This document shows, piece after piece, positions 43,397 through 52,634 of a stretch of 64,000 bases of DNA. Under the pieces are notes generated by a model. It saw only the letters and a list, made by a program, of their open reading frames with translations. It searched no databases and had not been told where the DNA came from. How positions within the stretch are numbered: the first letter of the stretch is position 1; the number at the start of each line of letters is the position of its first letter. The translations under genes were made by a program, and so were the position numbers. This DNA is from a virus. Taxonomy: Duplodnaviria; Caudoviricetes. The DNA lies in IMG/VR virus record IMGVR_UViG_3300017963_000189; one strand, written 5' to 3'.

Positions 43397-43533
43397 TCCC
43401 TTTCTCCACATAGTTCATTGTGATTCTCAACTATAAACCTATTCGTATATATACCTATTAATAAATATGAGATATAAAATAAATATAATCTTTATGAGAA
43501 AAAAGTGACGAACTGTTACGCCCGTCACATTTT

Positions 43534-44028
43534 TTATCGGCAATAACGATTTGCAGCATATGTTGCTGCCCAAGCGTATGGTTTACCCTCTACCTTGAAT
43601 CCCAAAGAATTCAAGTAACCAATAGCAGAATCGTAAATCATATTGGATGCGTATTGTTTCTTCACGTTAGCATCAACGTGTGTTCCAATATCATCAATAT
43701 TAATTCCGTTTTCGCTCAAGAACAACGCGGTTTCGACAATACGTTCAACTTCATTCCACAATCTCTTGAAGATGCCACCTTTATCTTCGCCAAGTTTATC
43801 GTCTCGTTCTCTTGTGTGAATAATGTGTACTCCACGTCCAACTCCATCTACCATACGGTGCATTCCAATAACTACAGAATAAATCGTACTTTTACTGTTC
43901 ACTTGAGAATCACATCCAACAAAAATTTCATATTGAATTTGACCATTAGCGTCACTCATGTAATCTTTCATGTATTCCAATACATCTGGAATTTTAGTAC
44001 CATCGTGTTTAACGAATTGTCTGTTCAT
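43534..44028 (-). CDS. Ribonuclease H-like YkuK family protein
   Basis: IFVGCDSQ, RLWNEV, HVDAN, KPYAWAATYAANR. Confidence 0.8.
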   Translation of the reverse strand: MNRQFVKHDGTKIPDVLEYMKDYMSDANGQIQYEIFVGCDSQVNSKSTIYSVVIGMHRMVDGVGRGVHIIHTRERDDKLGEDKGGIFKRLWNEVERIVETALFLSENGINIDDIGTHVDANVKKQYASNMIYDSAIGYLNSLGFKVEGKPYAWAATYAANRYCR

Positions 44029-44039
44029 TTTTTGTTCCT

Positions 44040-44426
44040 TTATTTATTTCCAAAATTACTTCTTACATCCCACTCTTTAAGCATATGTGGGAAAGATTTT
44101 AAATATTTACCATTTTCATCATATGGTTCATATGATTCATTTTCAATAAGTTTGATCGGCTTTCCGAGTACAAACGCAGCTCCCATATCAAAATGACTAC
44201 CAGTTGAAGTTGAATCAAAAAAGATATGAATTTCATCAGCCCATTTTATTGCTTCTACATTTTCATCACAAATACCTATACTCGTATTATCTTGATTTGT
44301 ATGTATGTGGGGCAAATGAACTTCATGACCATCACAAATTAACTTTTTTGTATATGATTCTAACTTTTCTCTTACTTCGTCTGTCGCCTCACGAACACTA
44401 CATATAATATAAATCTTTTTACCCAT
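44040..44426 (-). CDS. Nucleoside 2-deoxyribosyltransferase-like protein
   Basis: IYIICSVR, AIKWADEI, STGSHFDMGAA. Confidence 0.65.
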   Translation of the reverse strand: MGKKIYIICSVREATDEVREKLESYTKKLICDGHEVHLPHIHTNQDNTSIGICDENVEAIKWADEIHIFFDSTSTGSHFDMGAAFVLGKPIKLIENESYEPYDENGKYLKSFPHMLKEWDVRSNFGNK

Positions 44427-44715
44427 CTTCCCCTCTTTCTAAAACCTTTGCGGTCTTTGTATCTTTTTGTATATAATGTTGCCGAAAAAACTTCATTTCA
44501 CCAATTAACTGCGACAACAATAAAATAATCTTGTATAATCCCAAGGCGAAAATACCATAAAGAGCAAACTCAAATGCTCTATATGCTAACCATAGACCAT
44601 TTTCGCCAAATACCTCAAGACCAAGTGTAATCAAAAGTAAAACCGCCATGGCTATAAAACAAGCCGTACTAAAACCTTTGATTACACTATTTTCATCAAT
44701 TCCATACATAAACAC
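44419..44715 (-). CDS. Membrane protein
   Basis: Two TM helices. Confidence 0.6.
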   Translation of the reverse strand: MFMYGIDENSVIKGFSTACFIAMAVLLLITLGLEVFGENGLWLAYRAFEFALYGIFALGLYKIILLLSQLIGEMKFFRQHYIQKDTKTAKVLERGEDG

Positions 44716-44970
44716 CCCTTTTCTTTTTATCTTTTAGTTAATTTCCCTACGGGCTTTTCAACTACTTTACCATCTTCCATTACGATACGAACTTTCATCT
44801 TTTCATTTGTAGTGTCAATACTTTGACATACAATAGCACTTTCCATACGAATCTTACCTTGAATACTTACCTTATCACCACAACTAAAAGACATTCTTTT
44901 CATGTAAATCTCCTTGTTTTTATATGTTTAGTAAATCTACGAAATAAAACCGTATTTGTCAAAGGCTTTT

Positions 44971-45435
44971 TTAAAAAAACTTATTTTTTCTTTCTTCCTC
45001 TACTTTTATTTCCTCTCGCAACTCCATTAAAAGTTTTCCTAACATATTATAGCCCGCTCCATCTTCATTTCTACCCCAAAAATAATCTGTTTTACTGTAC
45101 TCAACTATTTCTGCATTTCCGGTAGACAATAAAAGATTTCTCATACGATCTATCTTTTTGAATTTCGCCACAAGGGCTCGCCTCATAACTAATAACTTTA
45201 CTTCATTCCAATCACTTCTCAAAGGTAAATCGTCTCTACGACCCTCATGTGCAGCACCACCTGGCTTATCTTGATTTCGTATGTATTCTTCCCATTCAGT
45301 GCCTTCATATTTCTTAGATTGATAATAGTGTTCTGTACTTTTATAATCTCGACCATCAATAGTAATCGTTATAGGATAAAAATTACTAAACTCTCCAAAA
45401 GGCTCTTTAAGTTTCCTGAATATTATTTGTTTCAT
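44971..45435 (-). CDS. NADAR (YbiA-family) N-glycosidase
   Basis: FSNFY, STEHYYQSKK, MRRALVAKF, LLSTG..EIVE, YFWG, NMLGKLLMELRE. Confidence 0.92.
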   Translation of the reverse strand: MKQIIFRKLKEPFGEFSNFYPITITIDGRDYKSTEHYYQSKKYEGTEWEEYIRNQDKPGGAAHEGRRDDLPLRSDWNEVKLLVMRRALVAKFKKIDRMRNLLLSTGNAEIVEYSKTDYFWGRNEDGAGYNMLGKLLMELREEIKVEEERKNKFF

Positions 45436-45646
45436 CTGGAAATCTCGTTTTCTCCATTGTGTCTATAAAATCTAAAAGTTGTTTCTTTACATCTTCATTG
45501 TTGTTACTATGTGAAATGTTCCAACGAGCACTTGTTAACAACATCCTTGCTTTAGTGTCGCTGGAACTTCCCACTTGATACGCGAACTTTAACATATAAT
45601 ATGAAATTTTTATAAAATTCATCCATGTTTTTATTTTTTTCACCAT
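45407..45646 (-). CDS. Hypothetical protein
   Basis: Co-oriented ORF. Confidence 0.55.
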   Translation of the reverse strand: MVKKIKTWMNFIKISYYMLKFAYQVGSSSDTKARMLLTSARWNISHSNNNEDVKKQLLDFIDTMEKTRFPDETNNIQET

Positions 45647-46347
45647 CGTAGCGGTTTCCTTTTATTATAGATTTTCCGTATTTGTTCCTTTATCTTTACT
45701 ATGTTCCAATCAATATCATTTCCAATTCCATCTTCAATTTCATAATCTATATGATCAAGTTCATCTAAACAAACGAACTCACATCCCAAAAGGTTGTCCA
45801 CTCTTGACATATGCCAGTGACCATAAAACCAAATTTTAGGTTTATGAATCTCAAACATTTGATTCAATGCTGTAGAAGTTCTATTTCCTGTACCATCGTT
45901 TATGAACTCTTTCTTAAAGATTTGTTCAATTCCGATTCTCGGACATTCGTGTGTCAGCATTATATCGGGCTTGACTCTTTCATAATCCGCAATAGCATCC
46001 ATCAACTCGTTATAGGACAGTTGCTCTTCTTCCCACCAGGAGACGCCAGGGATACGCCAAGACCAATCTATTGACCAGGCTCCCCTGACAAAGAAGAATT
46101 TAAATCCATTGAACTCAACTTCACCATAACCTTTCCCAAAAGTATATTGTTCTCTTAGGCCTTTGTAATCGTCGTGATTACCTGGAATAATTTTATGGTT
46201 ATATGGATTTACCTTATTAGTAACAAGTGAATACCAATGTTTGGCGAAGCCGAAGTCACCTAATTGAATAGAATATTCTGCATCTTTTATTCTTTCCAAA
46301 TAGGCGTGAAATTTTCCATGTACATCGCCTATTAATCTAATTTTCAT
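45640..46347 (-). CDS. Calcineurin-like metallophosphoesterase
   Basis: GDVHG, LGDFG, PGNHD, LTHECP, GHWH. Confidence 0.92.
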   Translation of the reverse strand: MKIRLIGDVHGKFHAYLERIKDAEYSIQLGDFGFAKHWYSLVTNKVNPYNHKIIPGNHDDYKGLREQYTFGKGYGEVEFNGFKFFFVRGAWSIDWSWRIPGVSWWEEEQLSYNELMDAIADYERVKPDIMLTHECPRIGIEQIFKKEFINDGTGNRTSTALNQMFEIHKPKIWFYGHWHMSRVDNLLGCEFVCLDELDHIDYEIEDGIGNDIDWNIVKIKEQIRKIYNKRKPLRW

Positions 46348-46535
46348 AAAGATTTCTCAATTTTCTCGTAAAAATATTTTTCCGTTTCATTTAAAGTTTC
46401 AAGATATTTTTCAAGTAACTTACGTGTTTTCTTTTTCAAGTCTCCACGTCTTAACAAGAAATTTAATCTCGTTTTCGCCATACCCAATTCCATCTTTTTT
46501 AAACTTTCTAAGATTTCATTTTGAATTGTTTCCAT
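46344..46535 (-). CDS. Hypothetical protein
   Basis: Co-oriented ORF. Confidence 0.55.
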   Translation of the reverse strand: METIQNEILESLKKMELGMAKTRLNFLLRRGDLKKKTRKLLEKYLETLNETEKYFYEKIEKSL

Positions 46536-46550
46536 AACCTTTTCCTTTAT

Positions 46551-47219
46551 TTAAGATAATAATTCTAATAATCCATTTATTATTGTTTCTTTATTTTTAC
46601 GATAATCTTTTTCCCAAATAACAATAACGTTAAATCCCATTGATTCTAATAGTTGTTTTTTTTCTTTATCATATTTCCATATTTCTTTTGCTTTAATTTT
46701 CTTTTTGTTTTTTGTTATCAAATGATTTTTATCATATACATTTGGATTAGCATGCCAGTAATCTCCATTATATTCTACAATTATATTTTTGTTAGGTACA
46801 AATATATCTACAAAATACTTTTCAATATGTTTTTGTTTTTCAACTTGTATTTTATTTTTTGTTAATATATTTATTATTTCTATTTCAGCTTTTGATGATC
46901 TTCCTTTTTGCCAACGAACATCTGAATTGTTCCATATCATTGATTTTTTCATTTTATCATAAAAATTTTTATCTTTCCATTTTTCTTTAAGAGTTTTACT
47001 TATAGAGTTTTTGTGTTCTTGACTTAACTTTTTTCCTATCTTTGCATTTGTTATATTTTTTTTGTGAGATTCGGTTTTTGATTTTCCGGATAACGCATTA
47101 GATAGATTCTTTTTATGTTCTTCTGAAAAGGGTTTTTTGTTTTTTTGACTACGTTGCATTTTTTCTCTATATTCCGGATCGGCCCATAACCTTTTCATTT
47201 TTTCAGATCTTGATTCCAT
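46551..47219 (-). mobile_element. Free-standing homing endonuclease-like gene (NUMOD3 repeats plus Vsr/DUF559-type nuclease)
   Basis: SEEHKKNLS/SQEHKNSIS repeats; SKAE, VDIF, VEYNGDYWH, IVIWE; very A-rich. Confidence 0.75.
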
Positions 47220-47280
47220 ATAATTTTCCCCTTTATAATAAATATAAAGGTTTTCATTTTTTTAATAACCTCTTAAAAAA

Positions 47281-47483
47281 GTAATTATTTCCTGTAGCCA
47301 GGATTCTGTCGTTTAAGATAGTCATTTATCTTTATGTGGCCTCAACCTTGCTATTATCGACCCGCTCACCGTCTAAGCTATTTTGAGTTGCATCCTCAGT
47401 GGTACAAACGACTTTCGTCTCCCATCTTAAGCAGCGATGTCCTGAGCTTCCTCTCCGTAGAGCGACTATCCAGAAATAATTAC
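47281..47483 (-). ncRNA. rnpB: Compact RNase P RNA (203 nt)
   Basis: P1 GTAATTATTTC/GAAATAATTAC, P2 GATAGTC/GACTATC, P3 CTCT/AGAG, P4 AGC(T)CAGGA/TCCTGGCT with bulged U, GAGGAA (CR-I), GCAAG (CR-IV), ACAGAA (CR-V). Confidence 0.88.
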
Positions 47484-47992
47484 TCTTTTGGTATTTCTAC
47501 ATTGACCATATCAAAACTATAATACTCTCTATAATATGTGTCAAGGATTAATTTCTTCACATCATAATTATGATGATTTATATCATACAAAGTTTCTACA
47601 TAAACTCCAGGTGTTTTCTTGTCTATATTCAATATCTCCGACAACGCCAGAGCGACAGCAGGCGACCGTGACAAACCTGCCTCACAATGAATCATAAAGT
47701 TTTTGTGTTTTTTATTTTTCAATCCAAACTCAATGATTTTTCGAGCATCACTATCATCAATTTGTTTTGGTTTAACTACCTCATAAAATGATGAAATTGT
47801 ACCGTCTGCCCGTTCATCATGAAATCGAAGATACAAAACATCTTTCATAAGTGGATTTTTCACCACTTCATATTGTGGATGTTCCGGCGACACTATTGAT
47901 ATACAACTAAATGGTACATCAATTTTGCTCATAAAACCTTGATCAGTAGCCATAGCTACATTGACTACAATAAATCTTATATTCATACACAA
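47480..47992 (-). CDS. Protein-tyrosine/dual-specificity phosphatase-like protein
   Basis: IHCEAGLSRS (HCX5R P-loop). Confidence 0.85.
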   Translation of the reverse strand: MCMNIRFIVVNVAMATDQGFMSKIDVPFSCISIVSPEHPQYEVVKNPLMKDVLYLRFHDERADGTISSFYEVVKPKQIDDSDARKIIEFGLKNKKHKNFMIHCEAGLSRSPAVALALSEILNIDKKTPGVYVETLYDINHHNYDVKKLILDTYYREYYSFDMVNVEIPKE

Positions 47993-48158
47993 CCTTTTAT
48001 TTATGTTTTAATCTATAATCTATATCTTTTAAAATAAAATATGTCACACTCTTTTTAACTACGTGATGTAACGCGACTAAAAATCCTACAAGTGCTAATC
48101 CAACAAGAATTGTTCCAAACATTGCTAATAATCCTTTCGTTCATTTATGTGTTTCTAT

Positions 48159-48187
48159 AATATACTAAAATATTTCCTATTTGTCAA
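48159..48187 (-). promoter_or_regulatory. sigma70-type promoter (TTGACA-N17-TATATT)
   Basis: Exact match; upstream of PTP and RNase P RNA. Confidence 0.8.
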
Positions 48188-48195
48188 CTGTTTTT

Positions 48196-48645
48196 TTAAA
48201 TTTCTATATCCAATGGTTTCATTTCATAACCAACAATGTCACATAATATATTTATCCATGTTTGTTCAGAATAAATACCATCAGCTAAATCAGTACCCCG
48301 TGTCCAATTTTCCCCAACTCGCGGCTTACGAGTAGATGCTTGACAACCAAGATAACCTAAATCTTTTTCACCTTTATTTTTTCTATCTTTACGGCGAGCA
48401 CTAATACTATAAGTATGTGTTTCAGTGAATAGTTTTATCACAACTCTTTTTGTATCTTTGTGATAAAATATTAAAGCGGCTTTTTCGAAACGAGCAATGA
48501 TAGCTTTCAACCATCTTGCTAATTCAGGAAATATATGGGTAAGTTCATCACTTTGAATCAATCGACCACCATAAGTTTCTTCAAGACGATTAATAGTTGA
48601 TTCAAGTTGATCTAACATTTCTACGGCATCTTTTTTCTCATTCAA
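48196..48645 (-). CDS. Hypothetical protein
   Basis: Start re-set to TTG downstream of tRNA-Ser. Confidence 0.65.
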   Translation of the reverse strand: MNEKKDAVEMLDQLESTINRLEETYGGRLIQSDELTHIFPELARWLKAIIARFEKAALIFYHKDTKRVVIKLFTETHTYSISARRKDRKNKGEKDLGYLGCQASTRKPRVGENWTRGTDLADGIYSEQTWINILCDIVGYEMKPLDIEI

Positions 48646-48663
48646 TGTATTTCTCCGGTTTAG

Positions 48664-48747
48664 CGGAAGATAAAGGGATTGAACCTTTGATCCCAAAGGG
48701 AAGCCTCGGTTTTCGAAACCGGCACATTACCACTCTGTCAATCTTCC
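48664..48747 (-). tRNA. trnS: tRNA-Ser(CGA)
   Basis: Type II cloverleaf, G73. Confidence 0.9.
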
Positions 48748-48803
48748 ATATAGTCATTGACTTCTATTCGCCTCATTATCAATGACCTTTTCTCGTTTGA
48801 GTG

Positions 48804-48887
48804 CGGAGAGTATAGGGATTGAACCTATGCAGGGAAACCCCGGCCTCCGCTTTCCAAGCGGGCACATTACCACTCTGTCAACTCTCC
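48804..48887 (-). tRNA. trnS: tRNA-Ser(GGA)
   Basis: Type II cloverleaf, G73. Confidence 0.92.
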
Positions 48888-48893
48888 AATATT

Positions 48894-49202
48894 TTATTTC
48901 AACATCAAACGGTACGGATGTGTTTTTTGGTTTAAAGTGACTACTCTTTTTGTAGTACAAAAATCATTGATCAATGGAATATGAGTATTGATTAAATCCA
49001 ATAAATGATTCGCTTGTGTCATTGTATCAAACATTATTTTGATTTCTTCAAGACCAATTTCATATCCTCTAAATCCCGGCAAATCAGCATGAAAAACTTT
49101 TCTTATTTTTTCATATTGTGTATTATGAGCATCCGTCCATTCTGATATATCGTGTGTAGTCAGCCACGTATCAACACTTATTTTTACTATTACACCTATC
49201 AT
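48894..49202 (-). CDS. Hypothetical protein
   Basis: AGGAG SD. Confidence 0.6.
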   Translation of the reverse strand: MIGVIVKISVDTWLTTHDISEWTDAHNTQYEKIRKVFHADLPGFRGYEIGLEEIKIMFDTMTQANHLLDLINTHIPLINDFCTTKRVVTLNQKTHPYRLMLK

Positions 49203-49333
49203 TTAATTTCTCCTGTATAGGTTTATATTTTATGTGTGACCTTATTCACTTAACATAATATATAACGTTGCCATACCGGAAATTATAAACACTCCAAGAA
49301 TTCCGCCTACCACTAATGATAATATTATTTCCA

Positions 49334-49624
49334 TTAAGCGTGATTTGTTTTCATCCTTTCAATTTCAACTTCCAATGAATTATCATTTCGTAATTCAACA
49401 TCATTTTTAATTTGTGGCATTTTCTCTTTTTTGTCCGAAACTGCTTCTATATAATCACCAATCATTTTATCCATCGCGTCACTATTATCCATAAGTGGAG
49501 TTTCACCTTCAATTTCCACCGTAACAGTTTCATATTTATCTTTTTTACCAAAAGCCTTTTCCCAATTATCCACATATTCATCATATGTAACATTCATCGG
49601 TCTCGGTTTATCACCTTTACTCAT
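49334..49624 (-). CDS. Hypothetical protein
   Basis: Begins MSKGDKPRP. Confidence 0.65.
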   Translation of the reverse strand: MSKGDKPRPMNVTYDEYVDNWEKAFGKKDKYETVTVEIEGETPLMDNSDAMDKMIGDYIEAVSDKKEKMPQIKNDVELRNDNSLEVEIERMKTNHA

Positions 49625-49826
49625 TGTTTAACCTCTTTTCATTCTTATTCATTAACATTGTTGGTTTACTATAATCTGCTGGTTCGGAATATGAATATAC
49701 CATTTCACATTCACAATAACCACAAATCGGAATATCGCTATCTTCGGCGACAACCCTAACATATTTCCTACCATAATTTTTATAATGTTTACAACCTACA
49801 TATTCACATAAAAATATATCACTCAA
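49617..49826 (-). CDS. Small Cys-containing hypothetical protein
   Basis: C..GC, CGYCEC. Confidence 0.55.
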   Translation of the reverse strand: MSDIFLCEYVGCKHYKNYGRKYVRVVAEDSDIPICGYCECEMVYSYSEPADYSKPTMLMNKNEKRLNNE

Positions 49827-49860
49827 TAAACCTCTCCATATTTACATATAAATATATAAG

Positions 49861-50088
49861 TTATTTTGTTTCCTCTTTTTTTCCAAAATACTTTTTCAAT
49901 ATAAGATGAAATACAAATAATGATATCGGAAACGCTAAAATATTACTCAATAAATCGGTATTTATTTTACTCGTATCTCCACCAAGAGCAAAAACTAATA
50001 AACCTATAATAAATCCCGCTCCAAAAGCAAATACAATATATCTCCATACAAACGACCACCAAACTTCCAATGTCTTTCCAAATTCCAT
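49861..50088 (-). CDS. Small membrane protein
   Basis: Two TM helices. Confidence 0.6.
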   Translation of the reverse strand: MEFGKTLEVWWSFVWRYIVFAFGAGFIIGLLVFALGGDTSKINTDLLSNILAFPISLFVFHLILKKYFGKKEETK

Positions 50089-50098
50089 AACTTTCTCC

Positions 50099-50518
50099 TT
50101 AGTTTAAATACCACATATACCAACTAAATACATTTAATAATAAAAAGGCGACCCACAAAATGACTTGTGACCATACTTTCTTTTTTATCGCCCAATAAAT
50201 CCAAAAAAAGTTTGATACTATCCATACTGGCCAACACCATATCACTTTTAATCCACATAATACAATCCCTATAAGTGAAAATGTAGTAGCAATACGACCT
50301 ATAATAGTTAACTTTTTCTTTTCTTTACCTTCCCAATCAAACTCTTTTAGGTTTACATTTCCTATCTTTACAGGATCAACTTTTTTAGTTTTCCCTACAG
50401 CCTTTTCTATTGTTTTTTTCGCTTGTGTTGCTGCGGCTTTATTCTTTTCTTCCTCAATTATTGGATCAAATGTTTTATCAAGTTCTTGTGTAAAATCATC
50501 TAAATTATCATCTGCCAT
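50099..50518 (-). CDS. Membrane protein, PnuC-like C-terminal helices
   Basis: SLIGIVL...IWCWPVWIVSN..W...SQVIL...LNVFSWYMW; start MADDN. Confidence 0.55.
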   Translation of the reverse strand: MADDNLDDFTQELDKTFDPIIEEEKNKAAATQAKKTIEKAVGKTKKVDPVKIGNVNLKEFDWEGKEKKKLTIIGRIATTFSLIGIVLCGLKVIWCWPVWIVSNFFWIYWAIKKKVWSQVILWVAFLLLNVFSWYMWYLN

Positions 50519-50552
50519 ATAACCCCCTTGCGTTGATTTGTACATAACTAAG

Positions 50553-50638
50553 CGGAAGATGTAGGATTCGAACCCACGCTACCAAAGGTAGACCTCGGTT
50601 TTCAAAACCGGTGCATTACCAGACTCTGCCAATCTTCC
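50553..50638 (-). tRNA. trnS: tRNA-Ser(TGA)
   Basis: Type II cloverleaf, G73. Confidence 0.92.
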
Positions 50639-50720
50639 AAAGTGGCGGGAGTTTAAAAACATCAACTCTTGATCACCACCTACTCCCGCTTAGTATGATG
50701 AATAGACCTGATGCTATGAG

Positions 50721-50806
50721 CGGAGAGTACAGGATTCGAACCTGTGTGTCCAAAGGACAACCTCCGGGTAGCAACCGGGTACATTACCTGACTCTGTCAA
50801 CTCTCC
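50721..50806 (-). tRNA. trnS: tRNA-Ser(GCT)
   Basis: Type II cloverleaf, G73. Confidence 0.92.
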
Positions 50807-50811
50807 ATATA

Positions 50812-51186
50812 TTATTTCATTTTCTTTTCTGCTAACTTTATTACTTGTTTTAAATATTTTACATATAATTTAAAATCTTTTTCTAAATTTGATGGTTTAT
50901 ACGGAATTTTTTTCTTAACAACAGGATCATGACTTCCATCTAATACATCAAATAAAAAATTAATTGGCGGATAATCATATCCCGCGGAAGCAATTATTAT
51001 CCAATCATCTTCTGGCGAACCTTTTCTATCACTATGCCAGTATACAAGTCCGTCCCTGGAATCCCATTCAGCTTCCCAACCATCAATTTTTTTGTTATTA
51101 ACTTTTTTACCAATATAATTATCTAAATCAGCAGGATATTCATCTAAATCAATTTTCTCTACTAATTTTTTCATCTTTATCGACAT
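50812..51186 (-). CDS. Hypothetical protein with MSIKMKKLVE leader
   Basis: Leader shared with 51534 and 51862 ORFs. Confidence 0.65.
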   Translation of the reverse strand: MSIKMKKLVEKIDLDEYPADLDNYIGKKVNNKKIDGWEAEWDSRDGLVYWHSDRKGSPEDDWIIIASAGYDYPPINFLFDVLDGSHDPVVKKKIPYKPSNLEKDFKLYVKYLKQVIKLAEKKMK

Positions 51187-51188
51187 TC

Positions 51189-51413
51189 TTATTCTCCATA
51201 TAAGTCATTTAGTTCAACAATCATATCGTCCATATCTTCTAAAATTTCCTTGTCTCTTTCTTCGCCGTTGTCTTTAAAATATTCACTTTTTAATTGATTA
51301 AAGTCACGACGATGTTGAATAATTTTTCGTCTATCATCCCCACTTTGCATGGCGACTCTCCACATATCCATAAAATGATTCATTTTTTTACGTATAATTT
51401 CGCGTTTAGTCAT
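51189..51413 (-). CDS. Hypothetical protein
   Basis: GGAG SD. Confidence 0.6.
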   Translation of the reverse strand: MTKREIIRKKMNHFMDMWRVAMQSGDDRRKIIQHRRDFNQLKSEYFKDNGEERDKEILEDMDDMIVELNDLYGE

Positions 51414-51438
51414 TTACTTTCTCCACATAATAAATTTG

Positions 51439-51528
51439 AGTCGGTGACAGGATTTGAACCTGCGACAGGGTTTCCCCTTTTGCTGGTTTTGCAGACCAGC
51501 CCCTTAGACCAGACTCGGGCACACCGAC
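51439..51528 (-). tRNA. trnC: tRNA-Cys(GCA) with long variable arm
   Basis: Loop CTGCAAA, U73, variable arm AGGG-GAAA-CCCT. Confidence 0.85.
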
Positions 51529-51533
51529 ATTAC

Positions 51534-51860
51534 TTACCACGGTTCTTCTAAAAAACGTAAAGCAGCTCTAATTAAACTACGATTGCCTATTGGATCATAG
51601 CTTTTTGTATGAGCTCTAAAATGATTTCTTTTATACCAAATATCCAATCCTTTAACTTTACTTCTATCAACTACTCTTGAACCGGCTCTACTTGGCGAAT
51701 CATAAGTCATATCTCTAACTTCGGCTTTAACATCTTTCATTTTGTTAATTTCATCTACAAACTTTTTCAAAGATAGCCGTTTTTTATTATCTTCAAACCA
51801 CTTTTCAATATCTTTAAGTGTTGTTTTACCTTCCAATAATGATTTAAGTTTTATAGACAT
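51534..51860 (-). CDS. Hypothetical protein with MSIKLKSLLE leader
   Basis: Leader motif. Confidence 0.65.
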   Translation of the reverse strand: MSIKLKSLLEGKTTLKDIEKWFEDNKKRLSLKKFVDEINKMKDVKAEVRDMTYDSPSRAGSRVVDRSKVKGLDIWYKRNHFRAHTKSYDPIGNRSLIRAALRFLEEPW

Positions 51861-51861
51861 T

Positions 51862-52167
51862 CTATTTCACCAACTTAAATGATACTACTTCCCATTTCGC
51901 CTTTTTTGAAGTCAATAAAATGGGAGTTTTACCTTTCCAACCTACTCTTACATGACGTTTCAACTCAACAATATATCCACCATTCTTACCAATACCCTCT
52001 AATCGAACCGTCCTATTCGTTTGTTTCATTGACTCAACTCGACCAACTTGCTGATATACAGGAAGTCTCGTCAAAAACATTTTAGAAACTAATGGATACA
52101 TTTCTTCAATTACATTTTTTTCTACTAACTTGTCTTTTAGTTTCATTGAATTCTCCATAATTTTCAT
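51862..52167 (-). CDS. Hypothetical protein with MKLKDKLVE leader
   Basis: Likely start at MKLKDKL. Confidence 0.6.
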   Translation of the reverse strand: MKIMENSMKLKDKLVEKNVIEEMYPLVSKMFLTRLPVYQQVGRVESMKQTNRTVRLEGIGKNGGYIVELKRHVRVGWKGKTPILLTSKKAKWEVVSFKLVK

Positions 52168-52172
52168 ATATA

Positions 52173-52201
52173 AATATACGAAAATAAAATAACGTTGTCA
52201 A
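52173..52201 (-). promoter_or_regulatory. sigma70-type promoter (TTGACA-N17-TATATT)
   Basis: Exact match. Confidence 0.75.
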
Positions 52202-52202
52202 G

Positions 52203-52622
52203 TTATTTTTTGGCTTTTTTTACCGTTTTCGTTTTATCATTTGTACGTCTATTATATTTTGCTTGTTTCGCCTTTGCTTGAGCGGGTGTCTCATTTTTCC
52301 TACGATCTGCAATACCCATCTTTTCACGAACTACATAATTTGTATTTTGTTTTACCTGTGTGTCCATATTCTTTTTCTTCTTATATAAAAATATAGGAAT
52401 AAGAATAGGTAAAAGTGTTTTCAACATATCCAATATATCTTTTTGAGCTAAGAACTTCAACAATTCTTTCCCAAACTCAACACTTTCGCCTGCTGCTTCT
52501 TTAGCATCAGCTGCTATCGCTGCAGGCTCCCAGACATTCGTGTACCCTGTATATAAAAACCAACCAACGACTAAAATGATAATCAAGGTATATGTTCTGT
52601 GTTCTAAAATCCATCTAAACAC
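52203..52622 (-). CDS. Membrane protein with basic tail
   Basis: TM segments; LLPILIP motif shared with 52994 ORF. Confidence 0.6.
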   Translation of the reverse strand: MFRWILEHRTYTLIIILVVGWFLYTGYTNVWEPAAIAADAKEAAGESVEFGKELLKFLAQKDILDMLKTLLPILIPIFLYKKKKNMDTQVKQNTNYVVREKMGIADRRKNETPAQAKAKQAKYNRRTNDKTKTVKKAKK

Positions 52623-52634
52623 CTTCTTTCTCCG

